Positions 17,174 to 25,288 of a stretch of DNA of 32,000 bases are shown here, in pieces. The stretch spans positions 6,634 through 38,633 of the forward strand of contig JALSQG010000095.1 of NCBI GenBank assembly GCA_026985565.1, written 5' to 3'. Numbering within the stretch: the first letter of the stretch is position 1; each line of letters opens with the position of its first letter. The notes under the pieces were generated by a model that saw only the letters and a program-made list of their open reading frames with translations, was not told the origin of the DNA and made no database searches. The position numbers were made by a program, and so were the translations under genes. Source of the DNA: Deltaproteobacteria bacterium. Its GTDB lineage: Bacteria; Desulfobacterota; Dissulfuribacteria; Dissulfuribacterales; QOAL01.

Positions 17174-17212
17174 TATAAAAGGCCCCAGCCAATTTGCAAA
17201 TCGACTGGGGCC
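17174..17212 (-). terminator. Intrinsic terminator closing the YedE-TusA-DsrE operon
   Basis: GGCCCCAG (17181-17188) pairs with CTGGGGCC (17205-17212), with an inner ATT/AAT extension. On the minus strand the hairpin is followed by TTTTAT. It lies 33 nt after the last ORF stop. Confidence 0.55.
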
Positions 17213-17244
17213 AATATAAGCAATTTTTTAGATCTTGTGCCCTT

Positions 17245-17436
17245 CTACCACCAACTGACTGTCTGATCCGCCTCAAAAATCATCTGCACAAGCACATCGT
17301 AATTGGGATCTCCAACATAGAGTTTAAATTCCATTGCATCACGATCACGACTTAATATCTCAACGAGCTTTTTGGTGTCATCGTTGGGTTCAGACCTGTA
17401 AACGTGTAATATCTTCATCTTTTTTTCGTCGCTCAT
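17245..17436 (-). CDS. Small conserved hypothetical protein (fifth gene of the YedE-TusA-DsrE cluster)
   Basis: 63 aa with no Cys, ending in WW. It starts 16 nt after the upstream stop, with GGGGGAGGGA upstream of the ATG. Confidence 0.6.
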   Translation of the reverse strand: MSDEKKMKILHVYRSEPNDDTKKLVEILSRDRDAMEFKLYVGDPNYDVLVQMIFEADQTVSWW

Positions 17437-17452
17437 CTTTTCCCTCCCCCTT

Positions 17453-17794
17453 TTAATCTTCTGAACATGCTGGTGGCGGTGTCTTGCTCTGTTTAGGGAG
17501 ACCGTAGGGTATGATCAGGTCTGCCTCTCTCAGCCTTTCGCCAAGCTCTTCTAAGCTGATCTTGGTAAGCTCCACCCCTTCGACGTCCTCACCATCCATT
17601 GTGAAGACATCACCCTCCATGTCTCTGATCCAGTCGATATTCTCTTTGACGTAATCAGAAAAACGGGGATACTCACTATACATAAAAACAGGATAGGCAT
17701 AATGGTTTTCCACTGCCAAGCCGAGGGCAGAACGCACGGCATCGCCCGAATACATCCTGTTTTGCATCAAGAAATAACATTTTTTTGATTCCAT
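17453..17794 (-). CDS. Conserved hypothetical protein, possibly a DsrE/F/H-like fold, with a Pro-rich C-terminal Cys tail
   Basis: 113 aa. It starts 18 nt after the DsrE-like stop. The C-terminus is ...PKQSKTPPPACSED. GGAGGAGG lies upstream of the ATG. Confidence 0.65.
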   Translation of the reverse strand: MESKKCYFLMQNRMYSGDAVRSALGLAVENHYAYPVFMYSEYPRFSDYVKENIDWIRDMEGDVFTMDGEDVEGVELTKISLEELGERLREADLIIPYGLPKQSKTPPPACSED

Positions 17795-17812
17795 GATATT
17801 ATGCCTCCTCCA

Positions 17813-18145
17813 TTAAAGAACCAGATATTTTCCGCACTCGTCAATAATTGCACCATGATAGGCCTGGGTCCTCATCTGACGAGGAGTCAACCCCTTTGGC
17901 ACATCCTTTTCCACATCATATCCTTCACATGTGTAGCTATCTGCACATATGGCCAAATCTTCCACTTCACACATATTGGCCAGCTTTACAAAATCAGGAT
18001 GCTTTGTCAGATGCACCGACTTAAAGGTGAAAAATACCATCACCTTCTTGCCGGCACGTGTTGCAGCAGCTGCCACACCTATCACATGTCTCATGTGCTG
18101 GGGAGACGTCACAAATATTCCAAGTTTGTTAGGATCGGTTGCCAT
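17813..18145 (-). CDS. DsrE/DsrF-like sulfur relay family protein
   Basis: 110 aa. LGIFVTSPQH...AAAATRAGKKVMVFF is Rossmann-like. The Cys-containing segment LAICADSYTCEGY resembles the DsrE active-site region. Confidence 0.75.
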   Translation of the reverse strand: MATDPNKLGIFVTSPQHMRHVIGVAAAATRAGKKVMVFFTFKSVHLTKHPDFVKLANMCEVEDLAICADSYTCEGYDVEKDVPKGLTPRQMRTQAYHGAIIDECGKYLVL

Positions 18146-18188
18146 CGGTATAAAACCTCCCTTTCTTCAGATTGGAAGAAACTTTTTG

Positions 18189-18446
18189 TTACTTTTTCTT
18201 AACGTAAAAACGAATGAATCCGTCGTCCTCTCTCTCGCCAAGGTACTCATGGCCAGCCCTTGCACACCAGCCTGGGATGTCATTTCTGGAGCCGGGATCG
18301 GTACCAAGAACCTCGAGGATCTCGCCAGAATTGATCTTCTCTATTTCCTTCTTTGTCCTAAGAAGTGGCATTGGACAACTGAGTCCCTTTGCATCCAGTG
18401 TACGTGCTACCTCTAAGCCTTCTGGGGCAATTTTGATGTCGCTCAT
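18189..18446 (-). CDS. tusA: TusA-like sulfurtransferase
   Basis: 85 aa. LDAKGLSCPMPLLRTKKEI carries the CPxP active-site motif, followed by ILEVLGTDPGSRNDIP. Confidence 0.9.
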   Translation of the reverse strand: MSDIKIAPEGLEVARTLDAKGLSCPMPLLRTKKEIEKINSGEILEVLGTDPGSRNDIPGWCARAGHEYLGEREDDGFIRFYVKKK

Positions 18447-18500
18447 GTTTCCTCCTTTTGCTATTTGTATGATTTTTTTATTTCAGTAGTTTTACATAAA

Positions 18501-19850
18501 CTACATTTCTACTATCAGCTTGTTGGAATCTTCATTCCAATCAACGATTATGTACCAAAGGGCCATGGCAATGGCCACCACGGCTAATGTACCGCCGTAT
18601 CCCAAGGCATCTGGAAGGTAAAGGTGCATCCCAAGCTTGCTTCCCTCATGTGTTGGCCCTACACCTTCCATATGTATTGCCCTAAACCATTTGGTCATTA
18701 TGGCATTTGAGATGCCAAAGAATGGAACCACCAGCCAAAGCTTCATCTGGCCTTCACCAACTCGCCAAAGGGTACCGGAGCCACATCCTCCTGCAAACAT
18801 GGCCCCAAGACCAAAAAGGAATCCACCCAAGATGGAACCCCATCCGAAGGTACCACGTACATAATTGACAGGATCAAGGGTGCGCCTTGCAGCTATGACC
18901 GCCTGGTCTGCAGCGTCCACCACGTCCTCAAGGGTGTCAGCCAGCTCTTCATCCTTTACTTCATCTGGATCTATCTCATCCACCACCTCGCTAAGTGTGG
19001 ACTGAACTGCCACTGCAGAACCCCTTTGAGGAACAGCATACTTTAAAACTGCAGCACCAATGGCAACAACCAGTATGCTAAGGGCAACAGATTTTGCAAG
19101 GGTACAGTCCCCAGTCATGTGGGGTTCCCTGAATGCTTGAACCATGCACCAGCGACCCCTTTGCATGGTATAGCCAAGCCCAGCCGAAATGAGGAGGATG
19201 CCACTTAAAGATGAGACATACTCGTCACTTTGGCCAGAGTAATGACAGGCGCCCCAAATGACTGCCGCCAGGGCTCCCAATCCAATCAGGATCTTGAGCC
19301 CATAGGGGAAATCAAAATTTTTACCGCCAGAAGTTCCCCATGTGATGTGCTCCATTTCCCAGTAAATATATTTGAGGCCAAGGACCACACCTATGACAAG
19401 CCCAAGCCACATGGTAAAACCGTTTGCAGCAAGATTACCAATGGCGTTGTACATGCCGCCAACATTACAACCTCCGGCAAAGGCAGAGCCTACTCCCATG
19501 AGGATGCCTGCGATAATCGCCTTTATAAACTCCCAAGGAGGAGGAAACTTGAATGAAAAATCGTTGCCGAGACATGCAGATATAAATGCCCCTGCCAAAA
19601 AACCTATTCCAATAACAGAACCGGAACTGATTACGACACTTGTGGGTTTGGCATCAAAGATTCCAACACCATAAAGAATCCACTCACCCCAGTTCCTGAT
19701 GGCACCAACAGCTCCCCACGGCCTCCACCAAGCCATTATTAGGATACTCAAAAGGGCCACTATCAAGCCAGCTGCAGTGGCGTTCCACTCGGTCTGGCAC
19801 AGAATCTTGAAAAAATTCTTCACCTTTTCCTTAAACAAACCATCGCTCAT
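18501..19850 (-). CDS. YeeE/YedE family sulfur-compound transporter-like membrane protein
   Basis: 449 aa polytopic protein with two half-domains, each carrying a GGC motif (AFAGGCNVGG; MFAGGCGSGTLWR), plus RWCMVQAF. A hydrophilic acidic insert of about 60 aa sits in the second half. Confidence 0.9.
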   Translation of the reverse strand: MSDGLFKEKVKNFFKILCQTEWNATAAGLIVALLSILIMAWWRPWGAVGAIRNWGEWILYGVGIFDAKPTSVVISSGSVIGIGFLAGAFISACLGNDFSFKFPPPWEFIKAIIAGILMGVGSAFAGGCNVGGMYNAIGNLAANGFTMWLGLVIGVVLGLKYIYWEMEHITWGTSGGKNFDFPYGLKILIGLGALAAVIWGACHYSGQSDEYVSSLSGILLISAGLGYTMQRGRWCMVQAFREPHMTGDCTLAKSVALSILVVAIGAAVLKYAVPQRGSAVAVQSTLSEVVDEIDPDEVKDEELADTLEDVVDAADQAVIAARRTLDPVNYVRGTFGWGSILGGFLFGLGAMFAGGCGSGTLWRVGEGQMKLWLVVPFFGISNAIMTKWFRAIHMEGVGPTHEGSKLGMHLYLPDALGYGGTLAVVAIAMALWYIIVDWNEDSNKLIVEM

Positions 19851-19926
19851 AAGGCGCTCCCCTCCTCAAAAAGATGATTAGTGCTAGCACGGGCTATCAG
19901 GATAAGCATTGCATGAAGAGAATATT

Positions 19927-19944
19927 AAAGTTATTAATAACTTT
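19927..19944. promoter_or_regulatory. Perfect 18-bp palindrome in the divergent yedE / M16 peptidase intergenic region (candidate operator)
   Basis: AAAGTTATTAATAACTTT is its own reverse complement. It lies 77 nt upstream of the yedE-like ATG and 149 nt upstream of the peptidase ATG. Confidence 0.35.
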
Positions 19945-20092
19945 CCAAATTGAATTGGTGTGTACCAAAATTCACGCACTGTGTCAAGAATTAGTTGAAT
20001 GGCCATTCAGTGACTGGTTCCCTGACATTCAACGTCAAAATTACTTTTACAAACAACTCAAAGGAACCTTGCTGCCAAATAGGAGCAGAATC

Positions 20093-22750
20093 ATGAACAG
20101 ATTTTTTTTCTTCATAACCATACTCACCTTATTTTCCATTTTTAATTATTCCCTTTCCTTTGGCGCCACCACATCCCGTATGACAGGGCTTTTCAAAAAG
20201 ATCTTGCCAAACGGACTCACTGCCGTAGTCAAGGAAAGCCACAGGGCACCTGTGGTGGCAGTCCAAATTTGGGTTAAAGCAGGCAGTGCATACGAAACGG
20301 ACAAACAGGCAGGGATTACCCATCTTATCGAACACATGATCTTCAAGGGCACGGAAAAACGAGGCCCAGGCGAGCTTGCAGCCATAATAGAGTCCCTTGG
20401 TGGCACCATAAACGCCTATACCTCTTACGACTATACGGTTTATCACTGTGTTGTTCCAAGTTCCCATCTTTCAACCGCCCTTGACGTCTTGGAAGATGCG
20501 GTCTTTCACTCCAAATTCGATCCAGACGAGTTGGAACGTGAGAAAAAGGTCGTCCTCGAAGAGATGAAGATGCGCATGGACAATCCCCATACCAGAATGT
20601 TCGAAAACCTAATGAGGATCTCATACAAGGTTTATCCATATAGACGCCCAATCATAGGCTTTGAAGAGACAGTAAGATCCTTTACGAGACAAGATATACT
20701 ATCCTACATGGCTGAGCATTACAGGCCATGCAACATGACAGTCATCGTTACAGGTGATGTGGATGGGGAGCAGGCCCTATCCCAGATTGAGCATTTTTTT
20801 GGAAAGGAACAAGAGCGCCCATGCAAAGAGGCTGCCTTCCCTAAAGAGCCAACTCAACAAGGCCCCAGAATCATAGAGACGTCCATGGACTGCAATGAGG
20901 GCTATCTTGCCATTTCATTTTCAGGGCTTCCAAGTTTTACAGGCAAGGATACGCCGGCCCTTGACCTTCTTTCAAGCCTTCTTGCAGATGGTGAAAGCTC
21001 CATTTTGGTTTCCAAACTCAAAAATCGGCTTCAGATTGTCCACTCCATACAGGCCTCTGCCTTTACCCCAAAAGGGCCTGGACTTTTTGAGATCACAGCA
21101 GATATTGATCCACAAAATCTGGAAAGGGTACTTCTAAATGTGCTCAAGGAGATCTCAAGGCTGAAAGAGCAGGAGGTTTCTCCAAAGGACCTTAAAAAGG
21201 CCAAGACTCAGATCGTCACAGACTTTTTGTACAGTCAGGAAACCATGGAGGGAGAGGCAAGAAAACTTGGCGTATTCCAGACCCTGGCAGGGGATGCATC
21301 CAAGGAAATTGAATACATTGAAAGTGTTAAGGCTGTTACTGCCAAAGACATAATGGATGTTGCAAAGAAGTATCTTGACCCCCAAAGAATCAATGTATCC
21401 TTGGTATCTCCAGAGTCGGCTTCTGTATCCTTTGATGACAAGGCCCTTGCTAAGGTTATAAAACAGGCCTCCAATCCGGAGCTGGAAGAGGCCTCTGGTG
21501 CCACAATGATAATAGGAAAAGGGAAAGTAAAGAGATTTACCGTGGGAAATGATGTGACTCTTTTATGTCTTGAGGCACACGATCTTCCGACAGTGGGCAT
21601 CCGCATAGTGTTGCCAGGGGGTTTGAGATATGAAAACCAATCCACCAACGGCATATTCAACCTGCTTGCACAGGCATGGACAAAAGGCACAACCCTTCAC
21701 AACTCGAAGACACTGTCAGAGCTGATAGACTCCATGGGAGCTGATATCCACGGTTTTTCAGGACAAAACTCCTTTGGTTTAAAGGCACGATTTACGAGTG
21801 ATACTTTTAGAAGAGGGCTCGGACTGCTTGCGGAAATCCTGCTTTCTCCCTCTTTCCCAGAAGATGAAATAGAAAAATTAAAACCCCAGATCCTTGCCTC
21901 CATCAGGCAACAAGACGATTATATGCCTTCGGTTGCCGTTCGGGAGTTCAAAAAGCTCCTTTTCTCTCCACATCCATACTCCATGAATATGCTTGGCACT
22001 CCAGAAAATGTCATGAGATTTTCAAGGGATGATATTCTAAATGCTTACCATAACTTTGTTGTGCCAGACAGGGCAATAATTGCTGTGGTGGGAGACTTTG
22101 ACGCTGATCAATTGAAACAGGAGTTGACTGATCTGTTAAAAGATTGGCAGAATCAGGCAGAAGGCTTTTTGCCAACCCCTCCTTCACCTGCCCCCTTAAA
22201 CAGCCCCAAAGTAGTCAATATACACAGAGACAAGCAACAAGAACACATTGTTCTTGGTTTCATGGGAACATCCATCTCTGACCAAGACAGATATCCCTTA
22301 GAGGTGTTGAATGCCATTCTTGCTGGTCAAGGTGGCAGGCTCTTTAAGGAGCTTAGAGATAAGGAATCTCTTGCATACTCCGTAACCTCCTTTCTGAACT
22401 TTGGAGTTGATTGTGGCTTTGTAGCAGCATACATAGCCTGCTCTCCTGAGAAAAAGAAAAAGGCCCAAAAGGGACTTTGGCGCGAGCTCTACAAGATCCA
22501 AGAAGAACCTCCCGAGGTGACTGAGGTTCAAAGGGCCATAAACTGGCTTCTTGGAAGATATCAGATTTCACTTCAAACGCCTGGCGCCAAGGCCATGGAT
22601 ATGGCAATAAACGAGCTTCTCGGCCTTGGTTATGATTTCTCTAACAGATACCCTGCCCTGCTTAGGCAGGTTACCCCTCAACAAGTAATGGATGTTGCCA
22701 AGAAATACCTTGGCTCCCAGGCCTATGTACTTGTGAGCGTTGGACCATAA
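20093..22750 (+). CDS. M16 (pitrilysin/insulinase) family zinc peptidase, tandem two-unit form
   Basis: HxxEH zinc motif in GITHLIEHMIFKGT. The second half is M16-like but lacks HxxEH. Signal peptide MNRFFFFITILTLFSIF. I prefer the ATG at 20093 (AGGAG 7 nt upstream) over the track start at 19874. Confidence 0.9.
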   Translation: MNRFFFFITILTLFSIFNYSLSFGATTSRMTGLFKKILPNGLTAVVKESHRAPVVAVQIWVKAGSAYETDKQAGITHLIEHMIFKGTEKRGPGELAAIIESLGGTINAYTSYDYTVYHCVVPSSHLSTALDVLEDAVFHSKFDPDELEREKKVVLEEMKMRMDNPHTRMFENLMRISYKVYPYRRPIIGFEETVRSFTRQDILSYMAEHYRPCNMTVIVTGDVDGEQALSQIEHFFGKEQERPCKEAAFPKEPTQQGPRIIETSMDCNEGYLAISFSGLPSFTGKDTPALDLLSSLLADGESSILVSKLKNRLQIVHSIQASAFTPKGPGLFEITADIDPQNLERVLLNVLKEISRLKEQEVSPKDLKKAKTQIVTDFLYSQETMEGEARKLGVFQTLAGDASKEIEYIESVKAVTAKDIMDVAKKYLDPQRINVSLVSPESASVSFDDKALAKVIKQASNPELEEASGATMIIGKGKVKRFTVGNDVTLLCLEAHDLPTVGIRIVLPGGLRYENQSTNGIFNLLAQAWTKGTTLHNSKTLSELIDSMGADIHGFSGQNSFGLKARFTSDTFRRGLGLLAEILLSPSFPEDEIEKLKPQILASIRQQDDYMPSVAVREFKKLLFSPHPYSMNMLGTPENVMRFSRDDILNAYHNFVVPDRAIIAVVGDFDADQLKQELTDLLKDWQNQAEGFLPTPPSPAPLNSPKVVNIHRDKQQEHIVLGFMGTSISDQDRYPLEVLNAILAGQGGRLFKELRDKESLAYSVTSFLNFGVDCGFVAAYIACSPEKKKKAQKGLWRELYKIQEEPPEVTEVQRAINWLLGRYQISLQTPGAKAMDMAINELLGLGYDFSNRYPALLRQVTPQQVMDVAKKYLGSQAYVLVSVGP

Positions 22751-22754
22751 GATC

Positions 22755-23579
22755 ATGCTAAGACGCATCAATCTTACAGTTAAGGAGGGATCGCTTCGTG
22801 CAAAAGATGTTGCAGATCAGGTGCGCAGCTTCCTTAGGGCCAGGGGTGTACAAATAGGACAAGGACCAATTGGCCCTGAAGACCAGGCAGTTGTCGTGGT
22901 AGGTGGTGATGGCACACTCTTACACGTAGCTGCAGATGCATTTGAAAAAAAGGTGCCTCTTCTTGGAATAAATGCCGGGGGGCTTGGCTTTCTAACAGAA
23001 GTGCATACCGACGAGATGGAAGAGGCCCTTAAAAGACTTATTGATGAGTCCTTTTCCCTGGATGAAAGGATGGTACTGTGCGTTGAGGTGGAAGACGAAA
23101 GGGGTGGGCCTGTCAGTAGTTACACCGCCCTGAATGAAGCGGTTATCACAAAGGGGGCACTTTCAAAGATCATACAGATTGACACTTGGGCAGACGACAG
23201 CTTTCTTACCACCTACAGGGGAGACGGGCTTATCGTTTCTACTGCAACAGGCTCAACAGGATACAATCTTTCTGCAGGTGGCCCGATTATCCATCCTGGT
23301 CTTGAGGTCATGGTCCTTACCCCAATATGCCCTTTTGCCCTAAGTGCCCGTCCTCTCATCCTTTCGGGTTCATCCCTAATAAGAATAAAGGTACAAGACA
23401 TCAAAGACGAGGTATGCCTTGACATTGATGGACAGGTGGGCATGCATCTTTTAAAAGGCCATGTAATAAGAATATCCCGCAAACCCGGTTTCTTAAAACT
23501 CGTTAAATCCCCCCATCGGGACTATTTCACCATACTTCGCGAAAAACTTGGATGGACAAGGGCCATTCCTCCTTATTGA
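22755..23579 (+). CDS. nadK: NAD(+) kinase
   Basis: VVVGGDGTLLH, GINAGGLGFLTE, YRGDGLIVSTATGSTGYNLSAGGPI. The start is ATG 22755 or TTG 22740. Confidence 0.9.
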   Translation: MLRRINLTVKEGSLRAKDVADQVRSFLRARGVQIGQGPIGPEDQAVVVVGGDGTLLHVAADAFEKKVPLLGINAGGLGFLTEVHTDEMEEALKRLIDESFSLDERMVLCVEVEDERGGPVSSYTALNEAVITKGALSKIIQIDTWADDSFLTTYRGDGLIVSTATGSTGYNLSAGGPIIHPGLEVMVLTPICPFALSARPLILSGSSLIRIKVQDIKDEVCLDIDGQVGMHLLKGHVIRISRKPGFLKLVKSPHRDYFTILREKLGWTRAIPPY

Positions 23580-23612
23580 GAAAATACAAGTCAAAAAACG
23601 AATTCCGTGTAA

Positions 23613-23640
23613 TTGACTAAGTTCGCTAAAGGCATAAGAT
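23613..23640 (+). promoter_or_regulatory. Candidate promoter for the small secreted protein gene
   Basis: TTGACT (23613-23618), 16 nt spacer, TAAGAT (23635-23640). Confidence 0.3.
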
Positions 23641-23695
23641 TATTTGGTGTCAACGATAGAGCCCTTGGCAGTAAAAGAATGAAAGGAGGAGCTCC

Positions 23696-24073
23696 ATGAT
23701 GAAAAGACTTTTCGTGACACTTTCAATCCTTATGTCTGTTTTATTATTATCATTTGGGCTTAGCTTTGCTGGCAGAGTTATCCTAAGCGTTCCAGGCCTT
23801 GGAAAGGTTGAGGCCTATCCGTCTTCAAGGCAGCTCGTGTTTACTGCCTTCAACCCTGGACGGGTGCCTATGGAATATTCCATTTGGTCGCCAAGAAGCT
23901 ATAAACAGAGCGAGGCAGGCGGATGGGCAAAACCAGAATTTAGACCTGCTGTCAAAAGAGAAAGGATGCCACACTATGTGCCCTTTATCATAACAATTTC
24001 AAGATATGAAAAAATTGGTGCTGCTATCTGCAGGGAAAATGATGGAAGGCTTGGCTGTAAGGTTATGAGATAG
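23696..24073 (+). CDS. Hypothetical secreted protein
   Basis: AGGAGG SD and signal peptide MMKRLFVTLSILMSVLLLSFGLSFA. No recognisable domain. Two Cys lie near the C-terminus. Confidence 0.55.
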   Translation: MMKRLFVTLSILMSVLLLSFGLSFAGRVILSVPGLGKVEAYPSSRQLVFTAFNPGRVPMEYSIWSPRSYKQSEAGGWAKPEFRPAVKRERMPHYVPFIITISRYEKIGAAICRENDGRLGCKVMR

Positions 24074-24097
24074 CCTCACTCTTCATTGATTAAAAAC

Positions 24098-24133
24098 GAG
24101 GTCAAGGTAACCTGCCGTGGCTACCTTGGCCTC
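24098..24133. terminator. Bidirectional hairpin terminator between convergent genes
   Basis: GAGGTCAAGGTA (24098-24109) pairs with TACCTTGGCCTC (24122-24133): 12 bp with one G-U. It is flanked by an A-run on the left and T-rich sequence on the right. Confidence 0.55.
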
Positions 24134-24139
24134 TTCTCT

Positions 24140-24478
24140 TTATGCTTCCTTTGCCTTTTCATTGAACTTAATCTTAGTTAGCAATCTTTCCTTTTCCTTT
24201 TCCATGGCATCTTTTCCTGCCTCAAGGGCAGATTCGAGGATCTCCTTTTTGGTCTCCACCACTTCCTTGCTTTTTTCAAGAAGCTCGGTTGCCTTTTCCT
24301 TTACATCATCTGCAACCTTTAGTGCCTCGCCCTTTGCAACGTTTGCCTGCTCCTTTATTAGCTCCCTTGTCTCAGGACCAGATTTTGGAGCAACGAGCAA
24401 GGCAAGGCCAGCACCAACGGCACTCCCCAACAGAAATGCCAATGTCACGCTTCCTGCAGAAAAACCTTCACGACTCAT
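24140..24478 (-). CDS. YtxH domain-containing stress protein
   Basis: N-terminal TM FLLGSAVGAGLALLVAPKSGPETRE, followed by a Lys/Glu-rich helix. The start overlaps the upstream stop (ATGA). Confidence 0.8.
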   Translation of the reverse strand: MSREGFSAGSVTLAFLLGSAVGAGLALLVAPKSGPETRELIKEQANVAKGEALKVADDVKEKATELLEKSKEVVETKKEILESALEAGKDAMEKEKERLLTKIKFNEKAKEA

Positions 24479-25098
24479 TTATCTTCACCTCCTTTTTGCA
24501 TATTTTCTGTTACATACTCTATTGAAGCCTTCATCCCTACGGCAAGGCTGGCAAGCTGTACTGCCAGACCAGTAAAGCCACCTCGCACAATGCCAGTGAC
24601 CATTCTAACCGTCTTACCGGCCTCATCTATTGCCTCAAAAAGCTCGTCTGCCGCTCTTATCTTGGTTTGCACATCATTTGTAATTTCGTTTACACCACTA
24701 ACCAATTCCTTTGTCTCCTTTAGAATGGGCGGAACATCATCATCAAGGCGCTGTTCAACAGAAGTCTCGATCTGTCTTAGCCTTTCCAATGCCTCAGCAG
24801 CTTCTGACATAACCCTCGATGCATCTTTTTGAAGCCTTTCAATATAAATCTGTATATCTGAAAGCATCTCATTAAGATTCTCTTCTACCTTTGACACCCC
24901 ATCAAGAACAGGAGCAAGCTGGCGAACCCGCTCATCCACCACATCAAGACTTCTGTTGACCCTTTTAAGAGTCGATCTGATTGCAGATATCAAGAAAACA
25001 AAACAGATACTCAACACTACCATGCAAAGGCCCACCACCGCATAGAACAGATATTGAGGATTTTCCATAACCACATTTAGATTCACCTGATCCTCCAC
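24475..25098 (-). CDS. DUF948-like membrane-anchored coiled-coil protein
   Basis: One N-terminal TM (YLFYAVVGLCMVVLSICFVFLI), then long heptad-like helices. It pairs with YtxH as in the Bacillus ytxG/ytxH arrangement. The start is ambiguous: GTG 25098, GTG 25086 (GGAGGA 4 nt upstream) or ATG 25068. Confidence 0.6.
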   Translation of the reverse strand: MEDQVNLNVVMENPQYLFYAVVGLCMVVLSICFVFLISAIRSTLKRVNRSLDVVDERVRQLAPVLDGVSKVEENLNEMLSDIQIYIERLQKDASRVMSEAAEALERLRQIETSVEQRLDDDVPPILKETKELVSGVNEITNDVQTKIRAADELFEAIDEAGKTVRMVTGIVRGGFTGLAVQLASLAVGMKASIEYVTENMQKGGEDK

Positions 25099-25288
25099 TT
25101 CTACTTAACTATTTAAGCAAATTATGCACCAGCCTTTCATATTGGACATTAAGTCATGCCCATTGTCATTTCAACCGGTAATTATTCACCATTTTGTTTG
25201 TCTTAGCGGTTGAATCGTTTTTCCCTATACCTATCTTATTTTTAAAATAGAAGTTTCGATAAAACCAAATGTCGAAAGGGGGCGCGTC

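Noticed and set aside
17169-17219. 10-bp direct repeat GCCAATATAA flanking the operon terminator hairpin (possible MITE/REP with target duplication)
   Set aside because: There is only one copy in the window, the element is about 30 bp, and part of the second repeat is the stem itself. That is insufficient to call a mobile element. It would be worth a genome-wide repeat search.
19874-20092. 73-codon N-terminal extension of the M16 peptidase ORF
   Set aside because: The ATG at 20093 has AGGAG 7 nt upstream and is directly followed by a signal peptide. The extension would place coding sequence across the divergent promoter region and the palindrome.
24117-24575. 152-aa Ser/Phe-rich plus-strand ORF
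   Set aside because: It is a low-complexity antisense reading of the Lys/Glu-rich YtxH gene.
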